A DNA stretch of 64,000 nt from Anaeramoeba ignava BMAN (GCA_028826165.1 JAPDFW010000033.1:496001-560000), one strand, 5' to 3'; positions 13,718 through 27,735 are shown, numbered from the stretch's first letter. Notes: generated by a model from the letters alone, not told the origin. Made by a program: numbers and translations.

Positions 13718-16197
13718 ATGTTAAATCCAATTGATTTCATTAAAAAACCAAAAAAACCAACATTTCCAAAAGAAATTCAAACAACTGATTGGGAAACTGA
13801 ATTTGTTACTGAGATTGATACTGATACAAATCGAAAACTTATCCAAAAAGAAGAAAATGAAAAGAAAATTGTTGATGAAACAGAAACAGAATCAGATAAA
13901 AATGACACAAATTCAGAAATTATTCTTGAAGAGAAAGACAATCAAGATCAAGACGAAATAATCAAGCGAAAAGATAATCAAGACAAGAAAAAAAAACACA
14001 TGTTTTATGAGATTGCGATTGTGATGAAAGACCCAGAAATTGAAGATGGAAAATGTGGGAAAAAAATAACGCCCAAAGAAATCAATAAAATCCAAGTTGA
14101 GCAAGCAAAGATCCTTGACAAAATCCGGGAAAGCGGGCTTGAGATTGAGGAGCAAGACGTAGACAAGAAACCGTTACATTTCTATTTGGTAGGGGTGAGT
14201 CTAAGAATGCTTGAGAAATGGGGAGAGGAAATGAGAACAAAAGTGAGATTGATCCAAAAAGATCTTAAACAAATTGAACATTACAGTGAGTTTAGAATTG
14301 AAGACAAAAGCCAGTATGCAGTGAGTCAGGATTTCCCCGATTGTGTGTTTCCTTCTGCGGCTCGACAGAGTCTTGTGACCACAATTATCCAGGAGAAAAG
14401 AGGCAGAGGTGGATGCAATATCAATATTCCAAAATCACTTCATAAGAATTATATGAGCGGATATTTTGGATTGCATAATACGAAAGAGAGAACAGATCTT
14501 TACGCGAGCTGGACAAAGCGACCCAGCGAGCTTTTCCAGTTCAAACAACCCGAAAACAAGATCCGCGATTATTTTGGCGAGGAAATCTCTTATTATTTTG
14601 CGTTTCTTGGATTTTATTCAAAATGGTTGATTTTTCCTTCGGTTTTGGGGTTGGTTTTCACAATCGCAAAATACACCAACGAGAAATTCAAAAAAAGCTA
14701 CGGATATGTGAGTCTTGCCTATTGTTTATTCAATGCGTTATGGGTGACTTTTTTCATTGAGTTTTGGAAGCGAAGAATAATGACACTTGCTTTTCGATGG
14801 GATCTTCTTGATTTGAATACAGTTGATGAGACACCACGCCCGCAGTTCAAAGGCAAGACGCGCAAATCTCCGATAACAGGATCGATTGAGAGATATTATC
14901 CTGAGTGGAAGCGTAAGATAAAATACCTTTTCACATACTCCATTGTTCTTATTATGATGGCAGCTGCTGCTGCATGTTCTATTGGAATCAATTGGAAAAA
15001 ACTAAAAGGTGAAAAAAATCTGACTATGGGTTACAAAATAGGCACTGGTGTAGGCACTGGTGCGTCCATTTTTATTCTTGATTATTTCTACCGCAAGATT
15101 GCTTTCTATCTCAGCTCCTGGGAAAACCACAAAACAGAGGAAGCCTTCCAAAATGCAATGATCATCAAATTATTTCCTTTCCAATTCGTCAATTCGTTTT
15201 CTTCCTTGTTTGTGATTGCCTTTGTTTCTCGTCTTCCGGATTTTCTTGATACTCAACTCGCTAGTTTGCTTCTTACTCGTCTCGCTATTGGCAATTTTCA
15301 AGAGCTTGTTGTTCCTTTTTTGAAGGGCAAATTTCGTAATTGTTGTTCCACTTTTTCTAGAAAATCAGAAAAAAAGATGAATCCAATTGTTAATCAAAGC
15401 AATTTGCCTCAATATGATAACACGATTGATGACTATTCTGAAATGATGCTTCAACTTGGTTATATCTCCTTGTTTTCAGTCTCTATCCCTGCTGTTTCAT
15501 TTTTAGCATATTTGAATAATTTAATTGAAATAAAAGTGGATTCTGCAAAATTGAGAACAATGCAAAGACCTTTACCAAGAATTCGTATTGGAATTGGGAA
15601 TTGGAGTTATATTTTAAATGTGATATCAGTTCTTGTTGTTATGATTAATACAGGTAATTAACAAATTAAATTATAAAAATTCAATTATAAAATTCAATTA
15701 TAAAATTAAAATAAAATTCAATTATAAAATTAAAATTAAATTATAAAATTCATTTATAAAATTAAATTCAATTCATTTATAAAATTAAAATTAAATTCAT
15801 TTATTAAATTCATTTATAAAATTAAAATTCATTTATAAAATTCAATTAAAAATTTTTTATCCGATTTTAATTTTTTTATCCGATTTTAATTTTTTTAGCT
15901 TTAATTGCAATCACTTATTCAGATTCTTTAAAAGATCTTTCTGGTTTTGATACTACTAATAATCGTCTTTGGTGGTTAATTGGATTAGAACATGCAATTT
16001 TCTTAATAAAATATATTTGTCATATGATTATTCCTGATACAACAACAGAAGTTAGTGATGCTATTAAACAAGAACAATTTAAAAGAGAAAAAGCTGCTTT
16101 ACTTTATGGAAAAGGTATTTTTGAAGAAGATTTTAATGAAACTGAATCTGAAAATGAAGATTTTAATGAAACAAATGATCCAGAAATAAAAATTTAA
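13718..16197 (+). CDS. Anoctamin / TMEM16 family protein; 2 exons, intron 15654-15898
   Basis: IRDYFGEEISYYFAFLGFY, EFWKRR, ENHKT, FVNSF, DDYSEMMLQLGY, NNLIEIKVD, GIGNW. Final exon has LEHAIF...IPD. Confidence 0.93.
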
Positions 16198-16435
16198 ATT
16201 TTTAATTGAAATTTTTCATTTGAAATTTTTTGAATTTATATTTGAATTTGAATTTTTAATTGAAATTTATAATTTTATGAGTCACAAAAACCAACTCATA
16301 ATTCCAACTAATTCTTTCTTTTTTTTTAAAAATAAAATTCTAATAAAAAAAAGATTTTTTTCATTTCAAAAAAAAACTGTCAAAATAAATTAAATCAAAA
16401 TAAATTTAAATCAAAATTAAATCAAAATAAATTAA

Positions 16436-17992
16436 ATGGAAACAATCAAAAATTCTTGTGGAAGAATTCTTCCAAAATACATTGAAGGATATGGAGAAGT
16501 TAAACCTTTTATTGGAGCTTTTGAAACAATACCTGATGAAGAAAAAGAAATACAAGTTAAATGTGGATATGGAAAACCAGGAGAAAATAAATTTGTAGGA
16601 ACAATAAAAGAAGCATTATTGAAAAGTGGAATTAAGAACGGAATGACAATATCATTTCATCATCATTTAAGAGAGGGAGACGAGGTTGTAAACATGGCAA
16701 TTACTGCTATAAGAGAGCTTGGAATAAAAGACTTGAAGATTGCACCTTCAGCTCTTTTTGAGACACATAAAATGATCCTTGAAAGCTTGAAGGATGGGAC
16801 AATCAAATATATTGAAGGGTCAATGAACGGTGCAATTGGGCGCGCTACATCAGAGGGTAAACTTTCAGGAGTAGCTGTTCTACGCTCTCACGGAGGAAGA
16901 GTGCGCTCCATACGACAAGGAGACTTGAAGATTGATATTGCAATCATCGCTGCTCCTACAGCAGATATATACGGAAATGCAAATGGATTATACGGCAAAA
17001 ATGCATGCGGTCCTCTTGCTTACTCCCATGCAGACTCGCTTTATGCAAAGAAGGTCATTATTGTTACTGATAATCTTGTCAAATATCCTGCAATCCCAGT
17101 TTCAATTTCTCAAATTAATGTTGATTTTGTTGTTGTTGTTGATTCGATTGGTGATCATAATAAAATCGTTTCTGGGACTACTTCGATCCAATCAAATCCA
17201 ATATCAGAAAAGATCGCAAAATTCTCAACTGATATAATCGAGCATTCTGGTTATTTCAAGGATGGATTTTCAATACAAGCTGGGGCAGGTGGAATTTCTC
17301 TTTCTGTTGTCAAAACTGTTGGTGAATTGATGGAAAAGAAAGGAATCAAAGCTGCCTGGGCAAACGGTGGCACAACAGCTATTCTGGTTGATCTATTTAA
17401 GCGAGGATTGATCGAGAAGCTTTCTACTTGTCAAGCTTTTGATCTCGTCTCGGTTCAATCTTTGAAAGAGGATCCCATGCACTTAGAAACAAATATTGAC
17501 TTCTATGCAAACCCCTTCAATAAAGGATGCTTGTGTAATCTTCTGGATGTTGTTATTCTTGGCGCAACTGAGGTTGATGTGAATTATAATGTGAACGTGA
17601 ATACTCATTCTGATGGATATTTACTTCATGGAATTGGTGGTCATCAAGATACAGCTGCTTGTGCAAAGCTAACCATTATCACAGTCCCCATCGCCAGAAA
17701 AACAAATCCCATCATCATAGATGATGTAACCACTATTACAACTCCTGGTGAATGCATTGATGTTGTTGTTACTGAAGTAGGTGTTGCTATTAATCCAAAA
17801 AGAAAAGATTTGATTGAGAATTTATCCAAAACTGATATTCCTCTTTTTACTATTGAGCAATTAAGAGATAAAGCCAAGGAGTTAGCTGGAAGAGGTTATG
17901 TTAAACCAAAAACAACTGATAGAGTTATTGGTGTTATTGAATGGAGGGATGGAACTGTTATTGATGTTGTTCATCAAGTTGATTTGAACTGA
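16436..17992 (+). CDS. citF: Bacterial-type citrate lyase alpha chain (citrate CoA-transferase, family II CoA-transferase); intronless
   Basis: 518 aa with CitF hallmarks: GMTISFHHHLREGD, RSHGGRVR, G..GKNACGPLAY, QAGAGG, LGATEVDVNYNVNV, GGHQDTA, TPGECIDVVVTE, EWRDGTVIDVV. Confidence 0.93.
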   Translation: METIKNSCGRILPKYIEGYGEVKPFIGAFETIPDEEKEIQVKCGYGKPGENKFVGTIKEALLKSGIKNGMTISFHHHLREGDEVVNMAITAIRELGIKDLKIAPSALFETHKMILESLKDGTIKYIEGSMNGAIGRATSEGKLSGVAVLRSHGGRVRSIRQGDLKIDIAIIAAPTADIYGNANGLYGKNACGPLAYSHADSLYAKKVIIVTDNLVKYPAIPVSISQINVDFVVVVDSIGDHNKIVSGTTSIQSNPISEKIAKFSTDIIEHSGYFKDGFSIQAGAGGISLSVVKTVGELMEKKGIKAAWANGGTTAILVDLFKRGLIEKLSTCQAFDLVSVQSLKEDPMHLETNIDFYANPFNKGCLCNLLDVVILGATEVDVNYNVNVNTHSDGYLLHGIGGHQDTAACAKLTIITVPIARKTNPIIIDDVTTITTPGECIDVVVTEVGVAINPKRKDLIENLSKTDIPLFTIEQLRDKAKELAGRGYVKPKTTDRVIGVIEWRDGTVIDVVHQVDLN

Positions 17993-18133
17993 ATTTAATT
18001 GAAATTAATTCAAATCAATATTTTTTTTTTTGAAATTGAAATTAATTCAAATTCAAAATGAAATTCAAATTGAAATCAAATTAAAAAATCATTTTTTTTG
18101 ATTTTGTTCTTTTTTTATTAATTTTGATTTATT

Positions 18134-19619
18134 TTAAATGAAATAAGTTTCAAGTTCATCAACTTTCCAATTATTATAAGAACCAGCTAAATAATTTCTA
18201 GCTTCTTCTGTTCCTTGTTTAATTCGATTAGGTAAGTTGTAATTATTACCTAAATTTGTATAACCAGATTTTAACCTTGAATTCACTTGGAAATCATTTC
18301 CATGTCCTCCAAAATGTGGACCATAACTTGAATAAGCATACCAAAGAGCAAATTCTTCTTTTCCTTTTTGAATTGTGAATTTTTGGTTTTCTATTATTCT
18401 TATCATTTCTTAATGAAAAAATAAATGCATTTGGATCAATAATGTATCCATAATAATTTTTTTGATCTTCTTCTCTCCATTTTGATTTATCAGTTGTCCA
18501 TCCAACTTGAGTATAACCTCCAAAAATAAAATTATCTTTTGTTTTGATAATAATTAATGTTTTTCCTTTATTATCACAAATATCATGCCATTTTCCACAA
18601 TTAAATCCATCTTTTTTTGTTGAAAATCCTTTTTTCATTTTAGAAAAGAATTCATTATCATTTATCCATTCTTGTAATTTCTGAACATATTCAATATCTT
18701 GAATAATTTCTGAATCAAATCTCATTTTTCTCTTGAAAATTAATGAATTTTGATTTCCATTTTCTTTTTGAATAAATTGATTTAATTTTTTATGATTTTT
18801 TTCATTTTGAAGTTTTTGGAATTCAATTAATTTTTCTGAAACTTGATTTGAAATTAAATCTTCTTTTAAAGTATCTTCAAGTTCTTGTTCTGAAAAATCA
18901 ATAAATCTGATTTTATGAATAATATTTGAAATTTGATTTTGTAATTTTTCTTTTTCTTTTTTATTCAATTCTTTTTCTTGATTAATATTTGATTTATGTT
19001 TTCCCCATTTTATTATTGATTGAAAGATTTCAAATTCATTGATTGAAATTAAATCATTTGATAAAATAAAATTTAAATGATTTTCTTCAAGTTCAAGAAA
19101 AAATGAAGTTTTGATAAATTCTTGAAAATTTTCAGAAATAAATTGATAAGAAGAATCAAATAATTGATTAAAGTTCATTGATTCAGATAATTTAAGAACA
19201 TCAACAATAGTTTCAATTTGTAAATTATTTTCGATAAATTTTGAAGTAACATTAATTAATTCATCAATTAAATATTTTGATGAAAAAATTAAAATTTCTA
19301 TTGCATTTTCTAAATTAATTTCAATTTTTCCTGAATAAAGATAATTCAAAATTGAAGATAGAATTGAACTTGAAACATCTTTTAGAATTAATTTATTTTC
19401 TTGATATTCTTTCATTTTAGAATTGAAAAGAGATTTAAAATATTGACTTCTTGAAGAAAGAATTGATTTATGAGTTTTAAATGAAGTTTGATTTTGTTCA
19501 CAAATTATTTCAAAATCAAAATAACTTTCATTTTCTTTTTGATTTTGATTTTGATTTTGATTTTGAAATAAATTTTTTAAATCATTTGAAAGTTTTTCTA
19601 AATTTGAATAATTTTCCAT
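18134..19619 (-). CDS. BTB/POZ-BACK-TLDc domain protein with a one-base frameshift near 18385
   Basis: FKTHKSILSSRSQYF (BTB), BACK (EFEIFQSIIKW), TLDc (KKDGF..WHDICDNKGKT, IFGGYT, YGPHFGG). The C-terminus continues in the overlapping 18134-18406 ORF. Confidence 0.85.
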
Positions 19620-19771
19620 TTTACTTTTTATTAAAGAAAAAAATGAAAAAAAAAAATTTTTTAAAAATGTTTTGTTTTTTATTAATTTGATAAATTTAAT
19701 TTGATTGAAAAGTAAAATTAAAATTTTAAATACAAAACTTTAAAAGAAAGTAAGAAAGAAAATTAATTCTA

Positions 19772-22700
19772 TCAATTATCATTAGAAATTTGTATTTGAT
19801 CTTCTTTAACTTCCTCATTTTGTTCATGAGGAGAGAATTGTTCCAAATCCAACGATTCTATTGGAAAAGATAAAGTTGAAACAGCTTCAGTTAAAAGTTC
19901 ATCACAATAAACAGAAAATTGTTGAGTTTCCAAATATTTTTCCATAAAAGGTTTATCAGTATCTTTAAGTGAATTGAGAAAGCTTTCCTTGATGAAAACA
20001 ACAACAGTATCCTTTGGATCTGAAACATCTGAGATTGTGTGTCTTCTGAAATCGGAAAATAAATTCTGATAATATATTTTGAAAATTTTCATAATTTTCA
20101 TAATTGCAATTTGTATTTGTTCTTTTGGAATGTAATCATAAATTGGAACTATAAATTCTTCATCTTTGCTGTCAAATGACTCTTGAATTTCCTTCTCGAA
20201 TTGTAGAATAATCTCTGTGAAGTTTTTTGAGAAAGATGGTGTGTTGAATTCGACAAAACTAAGTTGTTTTCGAAGTTGATTTGTTTTTTTTTCTTTTTGT
20301 TTGTGACTTGAGTTGAAATTTTGGATTGATCCATCATCTGTATTTGTTTCTTCAGAAGTTTCGCTGTTTGTGTTTATAAGGTTTGAGCTTGTGTTTAGTG
20401 GGTTTGAGTTGCTTGTGTTTGGATCGCTGTTTGTGTTGTTTGTATCGCTATTTGTGCTGTTATCTTTGAATATCATTTGATTATTTTTATCATTTTTTTT
20501 ATTGTTTTTTTTATCGTTTTTTTTATTGTTTTTTTTGTTGTTTTTTTTGGAATCTTTTTTTTTTTCTTCTTCTGATATTTTTTCTGATGTGATATTTTCG
20601 TCTGTAAGTGATATTTCTTTTTGTGTATTTTGATTTTTTGTGTTGGTAACTTCGATTTCATTTTCCATTTTTGAATGGAATGATTTATTTGCTGATATTA
20701 TTTTTGGGAGATTTGAGAGAGTATCTGGTGATTTGGAAGACATTTTGATTTCTGTATTAAATGCAGTCATTGAATGATATTTTTTGAGTCCGTTTTTTGA
20801 ATTTGTTTGCATTTTTGAAAAAGAAAGTGATTTGCTATTTGGTTTGAGTTTGTATTTTATTTTTCTTGCTGATGGTAATATTCCGTTTTGTCTTCTAATC
20901 CATTCGGAAAAATATTGAAGACATTTTCGAAGTGATTCTTCGTTGGGAAGTTTTAGTGATTTTGATTGTAAATCTAGAATTGGTCTTGTTTGATTTGAAT
21001 CGATATCAATGAAAAAATAATTTTGTTTTTGATTTGGATTGATTTTTAGTTTTTCTGTTATTCCTACTATTATTGGAACTGGGGATTCAAGGAATCCTTT
21101 CATTTTGCTTGGAAGAACTGGGATAAGGACTCCTTGCCATTTGAAGGGATGGATAATTGCGAGGAAGCCGAATCTAAGATTTTTTCAAAATGAATTTTTA
21201 ATTTTATAAATGAATTTTAATTTCAAAATGAATTTTAATTTCAAAATGAATTTTAATTTCAAAATGAATTTTAAAATGAATTTTAATTTATTTTAATTTC
21301 AAAATTAATTTTAATTTTAATTTTAATTTTATAAATGAATTTTAATTTTAATTTTAATTTTAATTTCAATTTTAATTTCAATTTTAATTTCAATTTTAAT
21401 TTGAATTTTGATTTTGATTTTGATTTTAATTTTAATTTTAAAATGAATTTTAATTTTAATTTTAATTTTGATTTTGATTTTAATTTTAAAATGAATTTTG
21501 ATTTTGATTTTGATTTTAATTTTAATTTTAATTTTAAAATGAATTTTTAATTTTAATTTTGATTTTGATTTTAATTTTAATTTCAAAATGAATTTTAAAA
21601 TGAATTTTAATTTTAATTTTAATTTTAATTTTGATTTTGATTTTAATTTCAATTTTAATTTTAAAATGAATTTTAATTTCAATTTTAATTTTAAAATGAA
21701 TTTTAATTTTAATTTCAATTTTATAAATGAATTTTAATTTTAAAATGAATTTTAATTTTAATTTCAATTTTAATTTTAATTTTGATTCTAATTTCAAAAT
21801 GAATTTTAATTTTATAAATGAATTTTAATTTTAATTTTAATTTTTAATTTTAAAATGAATTTTAATTTTGATTTTGATTTTAATTTCAAAATGAATTTTA
21901 AAATGAATTTTTTAATTTCAAAATGAATTTTAAAATGAATTTTAATTTCAATTTTAAAATGAATTTTAATTTCAATTTTAATTTCAATTTTAATTTCAAT
22001 TTTAATTTTCAATTTTAATTTTAATTTTAAAATGAATTTTGATTTTGATTTTGATTTTAATTTTAAAATGAATTTTGATTTTAATTTCAATTTTGATTTT
22101 AATTTTAAAATGAATTTTAATTTTAAAATGAATTTTAATTTTAATTTTAATTTTAATATTAATTTTAATTTCAAAATGAATTTTAATTTTAATTTTAATT
22201 TTGATTTTGATTTTAATTTTATAAATGAATTTTAATTTTAAAATGAATTTTAATTTTAATTTTAATTTTAATTTCAAAATGAATTTTAAAATGAATTAAA
22301 ACTTACATAACTCCAGTCAATTTCCTTAAATTAGAACTATAAAAAACAACAGAATATTCTAATAAAATAGTCTTCAAAATGGAAAGAATATTCTCAACAG
22401 AAACAAAAGAAAAGAGAATCTCTATTCCCCAAAAACCATGAAGCTTTGTAAAAGTTGAAGGAATATCGAAAACAATATCATTCCACTCACTAGCAACTTC
22501 AATACAAACCTCATTAGAAGAATGAACACTCATATTATAAGCCTTTTGGAGAACAGACAAGATGAGATTGTTAGCGTCCTTTGATTGCATGTATTGCTGA
22601 GAAAGTTGTGGAGTTGAAGGATTCGAAACAAGAACTTGGGAATGATATTTCAAAAGTGATTGAAGTTTTTTTGAAGATTGATTTCCAAATCTGGAAGAAA

Positions 22701-23412
22701 TAGATCTTCGCTTGATTTCGGATCCGATCCAAAAACTTTTGGCAAGATCATATTCAAGATAAACTCGGGACTTTTGGAAGTTTGCTAGTTCAATAGCAAG
22801 GACGGTTTGAATTATGTCAAAATGAAGTTGATAAAAAGGAAAAAAACTCAATAAACAAAAACACATTTTGCCAATTGCAATGTCTTTTGGAGAAGGCTTT
22901 TTATAAGACTTTGCATCGATAAAGGAAGGGAGGAAATCAAGAAGACTCTGCACATACACGCAGAAGCTATAAAGCGGGCCTTGGTTGGTTGTCAAAACAG
23001 TCACGAAACTATGCTGAGTTCCAATATGCTCGAGTTTCGAATCTATCATAGCGTCGTGAAACGCAGTTGATTTAGGAACTGTCTTTGGTTTCGACATCGT
23101 CAGATACTGTATGTGAACTTGATCGGGAAAACAGAATGATGGCAAGTCTTCTAGTTGACAATCATCATTGGGAAATTTATAAAGAATTTCAGGTGGTCTA
23201 ACTGAACTTGTTTTATTATTTGTTGTTTCCGTTGATGATTTTGCTCCGATTACAAAAAAATACTCAAATACTCGATCAGATGAATCTTCTTTTTTGTTTG
23301 CTTCGTGTAAATAACGGCTTAGTCGCTCGTTTTGTGTAAGTTCGATAACATTAAGATCAAGTGATGCTTTGTTTTTTTTCTTTTTTTTAAGATTTTTAAA
23401 AAATGATAACAT
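19772..23412 (-). CDS. DENN-domain protein (putative Rab GEF); 2 exons, intron 21174-22306
   Basis: FEYFFVIG, FCFP, ILLEYSVVF, spliced HPFKWQGVLIPVLP...FLESPVPIIVG, and dDENN FMEKYLETQQF. GTAAGT...TAG junction is in frame. Confidence 0.88.
21174..22306 (-). repeat. Intronic hexamer-derived satellite (AAATTA / AAAATTCATTTT on the sense strand)
   Basis: Tandem TTTTAA/AAAATGAATTTT units on the + strand, bounded by splice sites. Confidence 0.85.
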
Positions 23413-23698
23413 TTGTTGTTTTGTTTAAATTTAAAAAAAAAAAAAAGAAAAAAAAAATAGAAAATTTAAAAAAAGAAACAAGAAAGAAAATAAAAAAGGA
23501 AAAGAAAGAGAAAAAAAATGAAAAAAAAATGAAAAAAATTTATGAAAAATTTTTCTTTTTTTTTTAATTTTTTTTATTTTTTTTCTTTTTAAAATTCCAC
23601 ATTTTTTTTTTTCCCAATTTTAAATTCCAAATCAATAAAAAAAATTTCGAAATAAAGAAATTAAAAAAAAATTTAATTTAAAAAAAATTTTTTATTTA

Positions 23699-26319
23699 TC
23701 ATTTTTGGTTCCACTTTTCAATTAACAATTCATTTTTCTTTTGATAATCTTTCCATAAATCTTCATTATCTTTCAATTGATCTTGAAAAAAGTTCCAAGC
23801 GGTAAAAAATATCAAAGGATCTTGAGCAAAATAAGCAAATTCCAAAATAGTTTGAATTGTCATCAAACTCAATTTATTTTTCAACTTTTCATGATGAATA
23901 AATTTCAAAGTTTGCATAACTCTTCTTTTTGATAAAAGAATTTGAATAATTAGATCAGATTCTTTCCTCATTTTCAAACCATCTAAAGCAAGACAAAGAG
24001 CTTGTGGATAAGAACTAAAAACACCTGCAAATTGAAGTGCAAGACTCTCAGTATTTGGAATCACTTTATATTGAACAAGATGATATATTTGAGAGTATTT
24101 CTTTTGTTGAAGTAAAATTTCAATTAAAAAACTAAAAAGAAACACTTGAACTGGAATATTTAGTTCATTTAAACTTCGAATATATTCTGTCAGAACACTT
24201 TCCAAAAATTCATATTCAACTGCTTTTCTTTTGAATAATGGAAAGAAGATATTATTGTAGAAGTCTGATTGTGGTAATACAACATATCCATCTGGATTTG
24301 TTTTTGGCAATCCATTCCTTTTTTTTTTATTTTGATTTTTTTTCTTTTGATTTTTTTGATTTTTTTGATTTTGATTTTTTTGATTTTTATCCTTCTCATA
24401 TTCATCAAATACATTAATTTCATCAAGATTAATATCCAAATCTATTTCTTGATTTTGTTTTCGATTTTCGTTTTGTTTGGTTTTTTTTACAAGTTTCTCT
24501 TTGTTAATATTTCTAAGATCTTTCAATTTAGACAGTTTTTCCAACGGAAGTTTAGGTCCTTTTACAAAAACAGAACCAATCCTTTTAATATTAGGAGCTG
24601 TTGATTGGTTCTTATTATTTTCAATTTTCTTTTCAAAACTTCTTGAACGTTTGATTTTTCTTTTGCGTTTTGGAGATAGAATCATATCATTTTGTATTGT
24701 AATAACCGGTTTTTCTGTTTGAGTGTCTTTTGAATTTTCCAAATAAGAGACTGTATTATAAATATTGTTGATAACATCAAATAAATAAGATAAAAGACTG
24801 ATCTTTTCATTCTCAATAATCATTGTTTTGATGAATTTAATAAGAATGGATTTTGAATTGGATCTCCGAAGTAGAAATTGTACTCTTGACAGTTGGTTGG
24901 TAATACTGACAGCAATCGAGTATAAATCAAGCTTATAAATACAAACAAAACCATCAACAGGATCTAAGACAAAATTTGGAGGTAAATGAACCCATTGATC
25001 CTTATAAAGCTCGATTTTTTGATTATTTTGATTATTTTCATTTTTGACAGTTTTTTTTTCGCTTTTTCCGTTATTTTTGAGGCTTTTTTTGCTTTTATTG
25101 TCAATTAGCCTTTTTTCATTGATCGAAAATGGTTTTATTGATAATGGAGATGTGATTTTAGCTTCATCATCATCACTTGCTCTGATATCATAAATCATTG
25201 TCACTTTCAACTCCATATCGTGGACTAATAACAAGCTATCCACTACACTCAAAGCAAATTTATTTCTTGGAATCATTGTTTCAATTGAACATGTAGATAT
25301 TGATTCTTTGTTTAGTTGATAAAGATATATCTTCACTTTCTTATCTTCTTGAATTAATTGAACACAATATAAATTGCGATAAATTTGAACAATCATCAGA
25401 TTTTTGTTCATTTCTAAACAGTAATTTCTTTCAGTCTCATTTGGCTCTTTTAATCGAGAGTATTTTAATTCAAAAATGGGTAATTTTATAGTTTGTTTGG
25501 GTCTAAACTGAAATGCATTTGTCGTTGTTGCATTTTTTCCAGTTATCAAAATGATAATTCGATTTTCAAACTTGAAGAAAAAAAAACAATTTAAAAATTT
25601 GTAACTAAATTCAGTTTGATTTTGATTTAAAATTTAATATTTACAGAAAAAGTAAAACCGTGAATTTTTCCAAGATTATAACTTTTAATTCTTTTGACAC
25701 CATTTTTATTTGTTAGAACCTATTATCAATATAAAAATTATTTTTTTTTTTTGATGAAATTTATAATTTAAATTTGATAAATTGATTTTGCTTTTTTTTT
25801 TTTGTTGTGTTTTTGTTTGGAATAGAAAGTTTACTTGCATATGTTCTAATCTAAAATTAGAAATTAAAAGAAAGTTTAAATTATCTAACCATTTAATTCC
25901 TAATAAAGTAAAACCTATTTTTTTCATTTTCTTTGGTTGATATTCATATTTTAAAGGTTTATTAAAACGAAAGAAAATTTCAATAATAGAATTTTCTTTT
26001 CTTGAAATTATAACATAATTTTTATTTGGAGAAATTTCTAATTCTTGAATTTGTGTTTCATTTGCTAAATCTGGTATTCTAAATTTAATTTAATTTAATT
26101 TAATTTAATTTAATTTAATTTAATTTTTAAATTTTTAATTTAATTTTAATTTTTTTACTTTAATGATGAATGAATATTTGAATAAAAATTAATTCCTTGA
26201 ATTCTTCCTTTTTGAAATAATATTAAATCTTCAATAGAATTATCAAATTTAAAAAATTGATATTTTTTTGGATTAAAATAAAGAGGAGAAAAAAGTTCAA
26301 CATAATATCGAAATTGCAT
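23699..26319 (-). CDS. RMC1: Regulator of MON1-CCZ1 complex (RMC1/C18orf8/Mic1-like); 4 exons
   Basis: Start MQFRYYVELFSPLYF. ALSVVDSLLLVH...IYDI, and Mic1 C-terminal LTEYIRSL...LVQYKVI...LALDGL. Three short GT-AG introns (26079-26158, ~25720-25834, ~25572-25644) keep frame. Confidence 0.78.
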
Positions 26320-26390
26320 TTATTATTTCAAAAGAAAATAAAAAAAAAGAAAAGAAAAAAGGAAAAAAATGATTTTCAAAATTTTTTTTT

Positions 26391-27618
26391 TTAAATAAAT
26401 CTTCCATTTGTTGATAAATTTTGAAGATTATTTTCACTTTCATCATCACTATCTTCATCAACTGAAGGACATAATAAAAATTCAACAAAAGATTCTTGTC
26501 TTGAATCACTTAATAAAACATGTTGAAATAAAAGCATTCCATTTTCATTTGTTCTAATAGAAACTTTTGAAGAATAATTTAAAGCTTTAGCACAAGCTTT
26601 TAAAGAATTTAATAAATATCTAATAAAAATAAAAATAAAAATTAAAAATTTAAAATTAAATTTTTAAAATTATTTTTGATTTACTTGTTTGATTGAGTTT
26701 GAGAAATTTGAAAGAAACTAAAAATTTTTGGATCTTTTGAACATCGAATCTAAATAAAAATTTAATTTAAAATTTAATTAATTATTTTAAAATTTAAATA
26801 ATTATTTTAAAAATTTTTACATGACAAGTTCCATCAGTTCCTTCAGTTTGAAAAGAAATAAAACCAGGTCTATTTGAAAAAGTAATTTTTACATGAGAAC
26901 AAGACCAATCTAATTCATTAAAAATTTCTTTTAATACTTCTGAAGGCATAGCAAGATAAACTGAATTATTTGAAGTATCAAAAGAAAGTTGAGAATAAAA
27001 TTCATCTTCATCAATTTTAATAATAGCAATAGAACATTGAGTAACAACATCATTTTCCTCTTTTAAAAATATAAATATAAATATTTTAAATTTAAATATA
27101 AATATAAATATAAATATAAATATAAATATAAATATAAATATAAATATAAATATAAATATAAATATAAATTTAAATTGAATTTATTTTTTTCTACCTAATT
27201 TAATTGAAAATCTCCCTTGATTATCTGGATAAGTAATTTCTGATTTTGTTCCTGTTGAAATTCCATAAGAAGATTTTCCAAAAATATTTATACAATCTAA
27301 TAAAATTGAAAGATTAATTCTTAATTCAATTTGTCTTCCTCTAAAATTATATTCTGTAAAAAATTTGCTATCAATAAAAGCATGTGCTTCAAAACTTTTT
27401 GAACTTCCTTCAACTAAATTTTGAAATTAAAAAAATTTTTAATTTTTATTTTTGTTTTTATTTTTATTTTAATTTTTACCAGAAAACATTATTCCTCCTT
27501 CAGAAATTGAACATTTTGCAAATTGATCTTTTGTCCAATTAATTGCACTTAAATTATTAATTAATAATTTAATATTTGTTAATTGACAATTTAAAACTTG
27601 CATAGGAATTGAATTCAT
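26391..27618 (-). CDS. RAD1: Rad1 (9-1-1 checkpoint clamp subunit); 5 exons, not in the ORF track
   Basis: Manual splicing gives MNSIPMQVLNCQLTNIKLLINNLSAI...SKSFEAHAFIDSKFFTEY...INLSILLDCINIFG...LKEIFNELDW...KALNYSSKVSIRTNENGMLLFQH...FVEFLLCP, the Rad1/Rec1 pattern. Four GT-AG introns in frame. Confidence 0.88.
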
Positions 27619-27735
27619 TTAAAAAATAAAAAAATGAAAAATGAAAAATGAAAAATTTTTTTTATCTCTTTTATACTTTTTGTATTTTTTTTTTTATTTT
27701 TTATTTTTTTTATTTTTATTTTTATTATTATTATT

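Noticed and set aside
16436-17992. Bacterial contamination as the source of citF
   Set aside because: No operon neighbours, AT-rich host-type flanks with a TCATT motif, and tight embedding between eukaryotic genes. Read-level confirmation is still advisable.
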